A stretch of 64,000 nucleotides of DNA from an uncultured Chlamydiae bacterium (GTDB lineage Bacteria > Chlamydiota > Chlamydiia > Chlamydiales > SM23-39). Of this stretch, positions 30,040 to 40,237 are shown piece after piece (the stretch's first letter is position 1; each line of letters begins with the position of its first letter). Both the position numbers and the translations under genes were made by a program. The DNA lies in the NCBI GenBank assembly GCA_963730605.1, contig CAVSSM010000002.1, positions 384,001-448,000 of the forward strand, in the 5' to 3' direction. Below the pieces are notes generated by a model, which was not told where the DNA came from, ran no database searches, and saw nothing but the letters and a program-made list of their open reading frames with translations.

Positions 30040-32481
30040 TTAAAAACTTTTGCCGATCTCGAGAACGCCCTGATGCGATTGATACTGCAAGCCAAACTCG
30101 CCTTGGTATCTTGCATCGATGTAAGGCGCTTTGGAATTAGATGAGATATAGAGCATCGAAAATTCGAAAACGCCCAGGTTTTGAGCTCCCGTGAGCGTGC
30201 TTACACTGAACGACCCTGGAGACCCAACTAGAAAAGCTGTGATCTGCCCTGTATGAAATGTCTTTTGATACATGTAAGAGCCCTTCTCGCGAAAGACGAG
30301 GGAGCCCCATGAAAATGCAGCGATTTCATGAAACCGCAGCCCTGTTTCACCTCGAAGAAAAGAACAAAACCGGCCCTCTTGGCCCATATTGAAACTGGTG
30401 GCGCCTTTTTCTTCAAACCCATTTTCCCAATTTGCCACCCAATCAAGAGACAGGAAGGGTTCGACCCCAAACCATTTGACGCTGCAAAAAGACGAGCGAA
30501 AGCCGTCATATCCAAATTCAAAGTGGGGTGCTAACTGCCATCCATGAATATGCGATCTTGCAACGCCGCTGACTCCGAAAAAAGCAATCTGGCGTTCATT
30601 GCTGGTGAAGTAATATCCGCCCCAAAGCCCCAAATCGAAATAGAAGTGATCTGCATTGACGGTGCCGTAAAAAGTGAGAAAACCCTGGTTGATTTTTGCA
30701 TGCCCCATCCCTTGCTCGTCATGGACATATGTGAAGACATAAGCGCTTCCAGCCCCAATGGCATTATTCTCAATCCCATTATAGTCAAAGGCAGCAATCA
30801 CCCCGCCCACGTTCATGTTAAATTCAGGAGTCTGGTTTTGCGCTTTTTCCCTCGCGTACTCGCCAAACGGGCTGACCCAAACGGCGTAGGGAGATGGCCT
30901 GCAGCAAATTCTCTCATCTGTTGTTTTCATATAAATCTTTTGGCCTGATGGTTGACTGCAAGTCTTCTTGATTTTTGGATTTTTCTGAATTTTTGTGGAG
31001 TTACTGGCTACAAGATCGCTTTCAAGAACTGCGATCTCAGCTTGCGCTGCAGGCTGATTGTAAAATCGCCTTTGCCGCAGGTGATCGCTCATCGCTTGGC
31101 TCGAGGCAAGATATCCATTTTGCGAAGCATAAGTGCTGAAGGCATTGCGCGCAGGGGATACCGACTCCAGGGCCATCTCTTCTCCCGAAGGCAGCAGGGC
31201 AAGAGATCGGATGACATTGATCGGCGCATTGGCATTGAGATAGGTGGCAAGGCTCAGATTATTTCCAGTAAGGCCAGCCGTTGGCATCTGGAGAAGAAGA
31301 GCAACGCCGCCAATCGAAGCCCCGGGGATCTCTAAGAAGCTCCTCAACAGATGGATTGCATGGACATCGCTAGAATTGCCAACCACATAGGCTATTTTAC
31401 CACTGAGCCCGTCGCTTTCGAAAGCAGAACTATCAACGCAAGGTGCTGGAGTCGCAGCCGTGATCGCATCCGTCTTCGATTCGACACTGTTGCTATCTCC
31501 ATTCCCGGCTAGAGCCGCATTGACATCCGGGGGAGGGATCTGGGTGGATCCCGGCTCTATGGGATAAGGTGCTGGAGTCGCAGCCGTGATCGCAGCCGTC
31601 TTCGATTCGACACTGTTGCTATCTCCATTCCCGGCTAGAGCCGCATTGACATCCGGGGGAGGGATCTGGGTGGATCCCGGCTCTATGGGATAAGGTGCTG
31701 GAGTCGCAGCCGTGATCGCATCCGTCTTCGATTCGACACTGTTGCTATCTCCATTCCCGGCTAGAGCCGCATTGACATCCGGGGGAGGGATCTGGGCGGA
31801 TCCCGGCTCTATGGGATTCGGGGCTACGGGTGTAAAGAAGCCCTTCTGCAAATCGACAATATACACATCGTCCGACTTTCCCTTCACATAAGCAGTATTA
31901 AAGTCGGAAAGGGCGATTCCTTCAAGCTGAACGGATCCGTCTCCAAGGGAATTCGGGGTGACGGGGGCATAGGAGCCTGTCAGCAAGTTGACCGAATAGA
32001 CGTTGCCATCGTTATAACCAACTACATAAGCAAGCATTTCATTTGCGATCGCGATGTGGCCAGGTCCCGGATTGCCGGAAATGGTAGTCAGGAGAGAGTT
32101 TGCGCCTGTAGTCAAATTGACGTTATAGACGCTATTGCTATTGTAGTCGACTACATAGGCTGTCGTATTGTTTGCCAAGGCCAAGCCAATGAGGTGAGAT
32201 GCGCCAGAAACGGTCGTCACTAGCGAGTACGTGCCATTTTGCAAATTGATTGCGTAGACGCTATCAGAACTTATCGCATAAGCTAGACTGCTGTTTGCCA
32301 AGGCAATATCGTAGACCCCTGCTACACCGCTTAAGGTCGCTACTTTAGAGCGCGCTCCCTTATCCAAATTGACCGAGTAAATCGTTGCATTGTCATCTCC
32401 CCCGCGCGGCACCTTGGAAAGGCTTGCAGAGACAAGCATGGGACATACAATCAATGAAGCAAAGCAGGAACGCGGTATCAT
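30040..32481 (-). CDS. Autotransporter with beta-propeller-like passenger and 42-aa tandem repeats
   Basis: Signal peptide, AYVV..VY.VNL blade repeats, beta-barrel C-terminus ending in F. Confidence 0.85.
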   Translation of the reverse strand: MIPRSCFASLIVCPMLVSASLSKVPRGGDDNATIYSVNLDKGARSKVATLSGVAGVYDIALANSSLAYAISSDSVYAINLQNGTYSLVTTVSGASHLIGLALANNTTAYVVDYNSNSVYNVNLTTGANSLLTTISGNPGPGHIAIANEMLAYVVGYNDGNVYSVNLLTGSYAPVTPNSLGDGSVQLEGIALSDFNTAYVKGKSDDVYIVDLQKGFFTPVAPNPIEPGSAQIPPPDVNAALAGNGDSNSVESKTDAITAATPAPYPIEPGSTQIPPPDVNAALAGNGDSNSVESKTAAITAATPAPYPIEPGSTQIPPPDVNAALAGNGDSNSVESKTDAITAATPAPCVDSSAFESDGLSGKIAYVVGNSSDVHAIHLLRSFLEIPGASIGGVALLLQMPTAGLTGNNLSLATYLNANAPINVIRSLALLPSGEEMALESVSPARNAFSTYASQNGYLASSQAMSDHLRQRRFYNQPAAQAEIAVLESDLVASNSTKIQKNPKIKKTCSQPSGQKIYMKTTDERICCRPSPYAVWVSPFGEYAREKAQNQTPEFNMNVGGVIAAFDYNGIENNAIGAGSAYVFTYVHDEQGMGHAKINQGFLTFYGTVNADHFYFDLGLWGGYYFTSNERQIAFFGVSGVARSHIHGWQLAPHFEFGYDGFRSSFCSVKWFGVEPFLSLDWVANWENGFEEKGATSFNMGQEGRFCSFLRGETGLRFHEIAAFSWGSLVFREKGSYMYQKTFHTGQITAFLVGSPGSFSVSTLTGAQNLGVFEFSMLYISSNSKAPYIDARYQGEFGLQYQSHQGVLEIGKSF
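31441..31817 (-). repeat. 126-bp coding tandem repeat, 3 copies
   Basis: Units start at 31441, 31567 and 31693; near-identical. Confidence 0.95.
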
Positions 32482-32832
32482 GAAAATCTCTCTTGGAATT
32501 CCCACCATAGACCTAGTTATCATTTTTTGTCCCCCACGCCGAATTTTCTCTATAGGGAACGACGAGCTTGCCGACCTTGCGGGGGGCCTTCGGCAATCTG
32601 CAACTACGGCTATATTACGGCATTTTAAAAACCGACCAGCTTCGAAATATCACATAATCTAATCCTCCCCATACGAAATTCCTAGAATTCTCGAACCTTA
32701 CCCTCTCTAGAAATGCCATAGAAATAACATAACTCGCTTATATAGACCATGTTACATAAATTCTTTTGATGCTTTTTATACGTTAAAGATTGGATATTGT
32801 CCAAATATCGACACATAAGACACAATAAAGTT

Positions 32833-33588
32833 ATGAAGAATTCAACGCTAGGCATGAGCCTCTTACGCCATCTCGCTAATCAAGGGCTGAGAATTTTTTC
32901 GACAGCACAAGCTCAAGCGGCTGGTTCGGAAATAGGAATGAATCCTGATTATGTGTCAGAAGCTTTGCATCATCTGAAGAACGGAGGATGGGTTACTCGC
33001 TTAAAACGCGGAGTCTACGCTATCGCTGCATATGGGCCAGCTCCCCATGAATTTGCCATTGCAATGGCTCTTGTTACCCCCTCTGCGATTAGTCATTGGA
33101 CAGCGATGCATTACCACCATGTCACTCAACAAACTCCTAATAAAGTATTCGCCACTACTCCTCGAGGAACCTCTATTCCGAGATCTCTAGCTAATACTAT
33201 GTTTCGTTTTATCCAAGTGAAGGAGGAGCATTACTTTGGCATAGAAACGGTATGGGTAGATGACATGAGGGTACAGATAACCAACCTCGAAAAAACCTTG
33301 CTTGATGGGCTTATATCGCCTGAATACTGCGGCGATTTTAGTGAAGTATTACGTGCATTTAAAATGGGCAAGGACAAGATTCGTATTCAAGTCATTGTTG
33401 AATATGCATTAAAACTCGATAAAGCAGTTGCAAAGCGTCTTGGCCTAATTTTAGATGGATTAGGGATCGAAAAAAAATACTTAGATCCTTTGCTAAAACT
33501 TCCAATGAAAAGTTACTGTAAATTTGATCCTAGCGGTTCTGTTAAAGGACCTTATAATACAAAATGGAAAATCCGAGAAAACGCATGA
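32833..33588 (+). CDS. Type IV TA antitoxin AbiEi family
   Basis: N-terminal wHTH (RLKRGVY), ISHWTA and T.LEKTLLD motifs. Confidence 0.85.
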   Translation: MKNSTLGMSLLRHLANQGLRIFSTAQAQAAGSEIGMNPDYVSEALHHLKNGGWVTRLKRGVYAIAAYGPAPHEFAIAMALVTPSAISHWTAMHYHHVTQQTPNKVFATTPRGTSIPRSLANTMFRFIQVKEEHYFGIETVWVDDMRVQITNLEKTLLDGLISPEYCGDFSEVLRAFKMGKDKIRIQVIVEYALKLDKAVAKRLGLILDGLGIEKKYLDPLLKLPMKSYCKFDPSGSVKGPYNTKWKIRENA

Positions 33589-33698
33589 ATATCATACCTT
33601 TACGTAATCGCTTAGATAGAGAGAGAAAAAAGAGCGGCATAACATTCGAAACAATTCAACAGGACTATCTCCTCTCCTGGCTCTTATCTGGATTATGA
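33585..33698 (+). pseudogene. AbiEii toxin N-terminus truncated by IS3
   Basis: MNIIPLRNRL...IQQDYLLSWLLSGL; stop supplied by the IS end; ATGA-coupled to the antitoxin. Confidence 0.75.
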
Positions 33699-35058
33699 GG
33701 TGGTCCCAAGTGTCAAGACCAAAAATCGCAAAAGCTAAGCTTATAACCTTGGGTTGTTAATACATCCTTCCTGGGTCTCCGAGAGCCTACCAAGAGGTCA
33801 GAGCATAATACCCTCTGACTACCGAAGGAAGGAAACCAGATCCCCCCATGGGGGGATCGCGCGCGGCGGCAATCCAATCTACCTTTCAAAATAGACCTCT
33901 GCCGGTGCTCGATACTTAAGCCCTTGATGAGGCCGTTTCTCGTTATAAAAGTCGAAATACTTTTTCAGCCCTTGTCGAACTTCTTTCAGGCATTCATATC
34001 CTTTCGGATAGATGTCCTCATATTTCACGCTCCTCCAGAGCCTCTCGACGAATACGTTGTCCAAAGCCCTGCCCTTACCGTCCATACTGATCTTGATCCC
34101 ATTATTCTCAAGCCTTCCGGTAAATTGATTGCTCGTGAACTGCACCCCTTGATCCGTGTTGAAAATCTCAGGCTTTTTCTTCAAAAGTCCTCTCTCTAAA
34201 GCCTCCATACAAAAATCGGTATCGAGCAGATTGGAGAGTTCCCATGCGATCACATATCGGCTGAACCAGTCGATAATCGCAAAAAGATATCCAAATCCTG
34301 CGATTAGAGGGACGTAAGTTATATCTCCGGCCCAGGCCTGATTGGGATGATCAATAACAAGGTCTCTCAGTAGGTAGGGAAATTTTTTATGCTCCCTATT
34401 CGCTACGCTTAAATTCGGCTTCGGGTAAATGGCTTCCAATCCCATCACCTGCATCGCAGTTCTTACTCTTTTTGGGCCTACAAAAAAACCTTGTGCTCTC
34501 ATCGCTATTGTCATCCGACGCCTCCCGTAATAGGGATGCTGAAGATATTCTTCATCGATGGCACGCATGAGCAGCAGCGTTTCCTCAGTTGGTTGTCTCG
34601 CCTCGTAATACAGCCCTGAACGATCCACTCCAAGGAGTCTACATTGTTCTCTCTGGGAAAAAACTGGATTTGCCGGTTCAATGAGGGCGCGTCGTTCATT
34701 CAGATCAAGGTCCCCAATTTTTTTTTAAGCCATTCATTTTCCATTTTCAGACGGCCGATCTGTTCAAACAGCTCAGCTTTTTCTCTTGATTCTTCACTTA
34801 TCTTAGAAGCCTTTCTGGGTTTTTCAAAAATTTGAACCCCCACCTCTAGAAAATGCTTTTTCCAATCAGAGAGAGCCATAGGGTGTACGCCAAGTTCGCC
34901 AGCCAATTGAGTTGCCGTTTTTTCTCCCTTCAAAATCTCCATTACAGCCTTGAGCTTGAACTCAGGCGAATGCTTCCTTCGTATCCGGGTCATTTTGACC
35001 TCCATTTTCATGAAGGTTATAAGTTTAGACAGTGGTCGGAATTTTTGGGACCATTATA
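33696..35058 (-). mobile_element. IS3-family element (orfA 34700-35011, orfB to 33879, -1 frameshift on A9)
   Basis: IRs TATAATGGTCCCAA..GACC / TGAGGTGGTCCCAA..GACC; DDE motifs W.GDITY, DQGVQF, ERLWRSVKYE; T9 at 34718-34726; no flanking direct repeat. Confidence 0.9.
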
Positions 35059-35159
35059 CTCAGTTTTGGATATTTTTTCTCTTTTCTGCATGACGACTTC
35101 CTCTTGAATTTTTGCCTTCAATTGTCTATCCTGTAGCTTTATTTTCAAAGGGTTCCCTA

Positions 35160-36209
35160 ATGTCTCAAAAGAAAATTTGCCTTGCTAGCGATAACTGGAC
35201 ACCGGCACACCCTCTTATCATCAAAGCCATCACTGAGGCAAACGAAGGCTACGCCCCTTCTTATGGTTCAGATGCCTGGACTGAAGAAGCAGGGAATCTA
35301 ATTCAAAGGGCGTTCAAAAGCAAATGCAAAGTCTTTATTGTCCCTACCGGCACGGGCGCGAATATCTTTGCCCTTAGACTTTGCTCCAAAGCTTATGAGT
35401 CGATTATCTGTACGGATATTGCTCATATTCAATATCAGGAGTCCGGTGCTGCTGAAGCTTTGGTAGGATGCAAACTTCTAACAGTGTCAAATAAAGAAGG
35501 CAAAATTACACCGGCAGAAATAGTAAAAAAGCTAAAAAGAGAAAGGGCCTTTGGAAAACACTCTACATCTCCCCGCGTTTTATCGATTACTCAACCTACC
35601 GAGGTAGGCACGGTTTATACTCTTGAAGAACTAAGAACACTCGCGAAGCTATGCAAACAAGAGAATCTTCTGCTTCACGTTGATGGAAGCCGCCTGTATA
35701 ACGCAGCAGTTAGCTTAAATGCATCGCTACATGAAATTACAGAAGCCGCTCAGGTCGATATCCTATCTCTTGGAGGCACTAAAAATGGGTTGATGGGAGC
35801 AGAATCTCTGGTGATTTTTAATCAACATTTGCAAGACGGTAGTGATCACTTACAAAAGCAAATGCTGCAATTACTTTCAAAGATGCGCTATTTGTCTGCC
35901 CAATATATTCCATTCTTTAAGAATGATTTATGGTATACACTAGCTACTCAAGCAAATCAAAAAGCGCAAGAGATTGCCTCTATCATCAAGTCTACATCTG
36001 GTCTTTCTTTGAGCTATCCAGTCGAAACTAATCAGGTTTTCTTCACTGCACCTGCATCATGGATTCCACTTATCCAAGAGAAGATTTTCTGCTACCCTTG
36101 GGACGCTGAGAAAAATGAAGTTCGTTTTATCTCCTCTTGGAACACTTCAGAACGAGACATCAAAGAGATACATTCCATCCTCTCTGAGGTATCTAAACAT
36201 CCAAAATAA
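35160..36209 (+). CDS. ltaE: Low-specificity L-threonine aldolase
   Basis: ASDN, GTGAN, HVDGSR and GGTKNG (PLP Lys) motifs. Confidence 0.88.
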   Translation: MSQKKICLASDNWTPAHPLIIKAITEANEGYAPSYGSDAWTEEAGNLIQRAFKSKCKVFIVPTGTGANIFALRLCSKAYESIICTDIAHIQYQESGAAEALVGCKLLTVSNKEGKITPAEIVKKLKRERAFGKHSTSPRVLSITQPTEVGTVYTLEELRTLAKLCKQENLLLHVDGSRLYNAAVSLNASLHEITEAAQVDILSLGGTKNGLMGAESLVIFNQHLQDGSDHLQKQMLQLLSKMRYLSAQYIPFFKNDLWYTLATQANQKAQEIASIIKSTSGLSLSYPVETNQVFFTAPASWIPLIQEKIFCYPWDAEKNEVRFISSWNTSERDIKEIHSILSEVSKHPK

Positions 36210-36217
36210 AGGACCCT

Positions 36218-36940
36218 ATGACAGCCCTTCTCTATCTCGAAAATGCTTATCTCAAAGAAATGGAAGCAACTATTATTGAAGTTGGAAAAGAGATCGATGG
36301 GCAACAGAGGTGGCTGCTCGTATTGGATAAAACCATTTTTTATCCTAGAGGCGGCGGTCAAGCAACTGATCAAGGATTTCTCTTCACAGATACTTGGAAA
36401 GGGAAAATAAGCCAGGTTTTGCTAAAAGAAGGTAAAGTTCTTCATTACGTTGAAGGCGATCAACCTCCGCCTGTTGGAGCATTAGTTAAAGGAACTCTAG
36501 ATTGGAATAGACGCTATCTCAATATGCGCCTTCACTCAGCGGGGCACATCGTTGATTTTGCGCTGTACCTGTTAGGTTATTCTACATCTCCATTGATGCC
36601 TTTTAAAGGCGAACATGAGAAAAAACCAGTGATTTATTATCAAGGGACAATAGAAAAAGACTTTCAAGAAGAACTCGAGAAAAAAGCCAATGAACTCGTT
36701 GCTCAAGATCTGCCTTTCTCATTTCGTCTTGTTGATACCCAAGAACTCGAGCGTGAAACCATTTATCTCCAGCCTGGTTTGCCAACAAACAAGCCGTTAA
36801 GACTTTTAACTCTGAAAGGAGTAGGCAGCGTTGCCGATGGTGGCACTCAAGTTAAGAGCACAGCTGAGGTTGGATATATTTCTATTCTGCCCATCGAGAA
36901 AAAGGATGGCGTCACCTTAGTTCGTTATCGAATCAACTAA
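36218..36940 (+). CDS. AlaX-like tRNA editing protein
   Basis: TIFYPRGGGQ and RLHSAGH; DGGTQ in place of CGGTH. Confidence 0.85.
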   Translation: MTALLYLENAYLKEMEATIIEVGKEIDGQQRWLLVLDKTIFYPRGGGQATDQGFLFTDTWKGKISQVLLKEGKVLHYVEGDQPPPVGALVKGTLDWNRRYLNMRLHSAGHIVDFALYLLGYSTSPLMPFKGEHEKKPVIYYQGTIEKDFQEELEKKANELVAQDLPFSFRLVDTQELERETIYLQPGLPTNKPLRLLTLKGVGSVADGGTQVKSTAEVGYISILPIEKKDGVTLVRYRIN

Positions 36941-37010
36941 TTCAGAGAATGAAGCTCGATGAGCAGAGCCTCTTCTGCAAATGCATGCTTTTCACCTATT
37001 TCTTCAGTTT

Positions 37011-37132
37011 TGTAAGAAAAAGATAGCACTATTTCTTACATGAGCTGCCTACAACTCATTGATTGTAAGGCAGTTAAGAATCAATAAAAAACCGCTTGCA
37101 TTTGTAAGAAAAACATGCCAGTATTTCTTACA
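37011..37132. promoter_or_regulatory. Two 30-bp inverted-repeat operators upstream of the TA operon
   Basis: TGTAAGAAA-N12-TTTCTTACA at 37011-37040 and 37103-37132. Confidence 0.75.
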
Positions 37133-37754
37133 TGAAGAAGAATCAAAAAAAATCAAATAGCATTGATCATCAAATACTTAATGCAATAACTGCCCTTGGG
37201 CATGGCGCTGTATTTGTTCCAACGGACTTTTTGAGTCTTGGCAGTCGGCAGACTGTCGATATTGTTCTTCATCGACTCGTTCGAAAAGGAACCATTCGCC
37301 GCCTCGCAAGAGGAATATATGATTTTCCTAAAGAACACCCTAAACTTGGAAAGCTTCAACCGTCTCCAGAAAAAATAGCAGAGGCATTAGTTGGCAGAGA
37401 TTGCACTCGTATTCAACCAACGGGCGCTTATGCAGCAAATATCCTGGGACTATCCGAACAAGTTCCTGCTAAAGTTGTATTTCTGACAGACGGGCCAAGT
37501 CGAACGGTAAAAATCGGTACAACAACCATTCAGCTTCGACGAACAACCCCAAAAATATGGCGATGGCAGGACGACTCAGCGGACTTTTAGTTCAAGCTCT
37601 CCGTGAATTAGGTAAAGAAAATGTCACTCCAGAACGACTTGAGCATTTAAAGCGGACTATTCCACTGGATGCACGACAAGAACTACTCAAGGATATTCGA
37701 TTTGCGCCGGAATGGATGCATTCCATTTTCAAGGAATTAGCCGAGGAGGTTTGA
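37132..37754 (+). CDS. DUF6088/AbiEi-like antitoxin (one frameshift in an A-run near 37552)
   Basis: RRLARGIY and AANILGLSEQVP; continues as MAMAGR..APEWM in another frame. Confidence 0.8.
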
Positions 37755-37755
37755 A

Positions 37756-38823
37756 GTGAAACTTGAATTTTTAAAATTATCTTCTGACGAACGACGCCTG
37801 TACATTGAACAAGCTGCCATTCAGAGAAATATATCCCCTGTAATCATGGAAAAAGATTTCTTCGTGTGCTGGTTACTCAGTATTCTATTCGAGTCGGAGT
37901 TCGCTGAAAGCCTTGTATTCAAAGGGGGCACTTCCCTATCAAAAATATTTGGCGCAATCAATCGGTTTTCTGAAGATATAGATCTTTCGCTGTCGCCTAC
38001 TTTTCTTGGACTTCCTGAAACCGCTGCAAATCGCAGTCAAGCTGACAAATGGTGGAAAAAAGCTGAAGAGGCATGTGAAATTGCTGTTCAAACTCAGATT
38101 ATGCCGATGTTAGAAGCATCGACATTGGGCGTATTAGGAAAAAATGAGCAGGCAAGATTCGAGTTTTTAAAAGACCCTCAAACCAAGTCACCAGTAATTC
38201 TTTTTCACTACCCATCATCGCTACCAACAGGGTTTGCCTATATCAAACGTTCTGTAAAACTCGAGTTCGGCTCTCTAACTGATCAGCAACCAACTGGGCG
38301 CCATACAATACGACCTTGGATTGCCGAGGTTTTCCCTGCAGCCTTTCCCGATTGGCAATGTGAAGTCATCGCTCTAGAGATCGAGCGAACTTTCTGGGAA
38401 AAGGCTACGATTCTACATGCAGAATATCATCGACCGCTCGACAAACCAATGCGAGATAGGTTCTCCCGCCATTACGCTGATACCGCGGCACTAGCCAATC
38501 ACCCTGAGGCAATCAAAGCTATTGATCAACATGACCTCCGAGATAGGGTCGTTTCATGGAAAAATCTGTTCTTTCGTGACTCATGGGCAAACTACACTCA
38601 AGCCAAACCCGGTACTTTTCGCCTTGTTCCTAGAGCTGAAAGACTGCCTGAATTGCGACGTGATTACCAGTTGATGCGCGACATGTATCTTACTGAACCT
38701 GTAAATTTTGATGACATACTGAGCACCTTGTCCGAACTAGAACATCGTATCAATCTCACGACACCTCTGCTCTCTTTCAGGGCGAGCGCATCAAAAGTTA
38801 GCGGCCAGCAACACCCTGTGTAG
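37756..38823 (+). CDS. AbiEii-family nucleotidyltransferase toxin (current C-terminus supplied by ISAs1)
   Basis: EKD, FKGGTSLSK, RFSEDIDL, RTFWEK and SRHYAD motifs. Confidence 0.92.
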   Translation: MKLEFLKLSSDERRLYIEQAAIQRNISPVIMEKDFFVCWLLSILFESEFAESLVFKGGTSLSKIFGAINRFSEDIDLSLSPTFLGLPETAANRSQADKWWKKAEEACEIAVQTQIMPMLEASTLGVLGKNEQARFEFLKDPQTKSPVILFHYPSSLPTGFAYIKRSVKLEFGSLTDQQPTGRHTIRPWIAEVFPAAFPDWQCEVIALEIERTFWEKATILHAEYHRPLDKPMRDRFSRHYADTAALANHPEAIKAIDQHDLRDRVVSWKNLFFRDSWANYTQAKPGTFRLVPRAERLPELRRDYQLMRDMYLTEPVNFDDILSTLSELEHRINLTTPLLSFRASASKVSGQQHPV

Positions 38824-39988
38824 GTAGTCATTATCAAGCGCCGCCTTAAACCGTTTGGCTCTAAATTTTTGCCGCTAACAAGTTCACAGCCCTCAGATTT
38901 TCTGGAGCGTGCCCTTCTACTATCGGATTGCGATCTTCGGCGAATACCACATCCAATACCCAATGACATCTGCTCTCAATGCTCCAATGCCCTCTAATCA
39001 CACGAGAGAGGGTTTCCGCTTCGGGTGGTAAACTGCTGATGTAATACTTGATTTCCTGTTGTCTTTTGCCCTCTGCCCATCTCACCGAGTCTAATTTGAT
39101 GATAGACCGTAGGCCCACCCACTCGTTCTTCTGAGGCAACCAGTCCAAATCATCCGTCGCATAAATCTTTCTGAACTCCATTCGTCCATGACCTCTCTCC
39201 TCCGTTTGAAAAATGTTCAACGGTGCATATTCATCTCCGGCCTCTGCTGCCTGGTCGAAATAATTCGCCACTTCATCCTGAAGGGTGGGTTGATTTGCCT
39301 TCAGGGCTAATACATAATCCGCTCCCATATCGCGTATCTGACTGGCGATATTTTTCTGTGTGCCTGCTGCGTCTATCGTGACGATGCTACCTTCCGGCAA
39401 CACCAGTTGCTTGAGCAACTCGGGGATCGCCTTGACCTCATTGGACTTGGAATCATTGCGAAGGTGTCCCAAAACCATATGGTTTTTATCACACCAGGCA
39501 GAGACAATATGGAGGGAGTGTTCTCCTCGTTTTGACGCAGATCGGAGAGTCTTCCCATCTATATTTATCAATTCAGGAACGATGTTCTGTACCGCTTTAA
39601 TCCATTCCAAGAATGCCTCTAGAAATGCGGTCGGATCAATGTGGCAAATAACCCGCCGAAAGGTGTCTGGTGATGGGATACCAGCTCGTAACTCGAGGAA
39701 GGATTGGAGCCAATCGATACGGCTTAACCCAAATTCCTCCATATCTTCCCATCCCTCAGCGCCACAAATCTTGGCCAGTAACGCAATCGTCACAATACCA
39801 ACGAAGTCGTGGTCCAACCGACAGGTTCGTGGATCGGGAATCATCTCGATGTAAATGCTAATGTTGGTTGCTTGAATCATAGTGCCTCCTGAAAAAGGCG
39901 TCTATGATCGTAAAATTTTTACTCAACAGTCAATAAAGTAGGGAGGTACGGACTAGAAAAATGCTGTTTTTTTGATGCGCTCGCCCTG
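38778..39988 (-). mobile_element. ISAs1-family element; transposase 38861-39880 with degraded C-terminus
   Basis: TIR CAGGGCGAGCGCATCAAAA; 9-bp TSD GCTCTCTTT (38769-38777, 39989-39997); IDGKTLR, TIDA and HWSIE motifs. Confidence 0.93.
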
Positions 39989-39997
39989 GCTCTCTTT

Positions 39998-40237
39998 AGG
40001 AGAAGCACTAATCAAGCAAAGAGGTGATGAATTAGTGCAATCCGTGACGAAAATCTTAAATGCAGGCGCTAACGTTAATGACACGTCCTGGAATGGACAC
40101 CGTCCCTTGCAATTATTAATTAAAGCCCAGATAGAATCACGTAAAAAACTTGAACTAGTCAAACGCCTAGTTAGTCTGGGAGCTGATATCCACTCTGCGG
40201 ATAAAAGTGGACTAACACCCTATCAGGTTGCTATTTC
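39998..40237 (+). pseudogene. Ankyrin-repeat fragment, former C-terminus of AbiEii
   Basis: ILNAGANVN..GHRPLQ..LVSLGADIH..GLTPYQVA; bounded by ISAs1 and IS982. Confidence 0.8.

Noticed and set aside
37540..37560. Programmed frameshift in the DUF6088 antitoxin
   Set aside because: A single missing A in a homopolymer fits the error pattern seen elsewhere in the window
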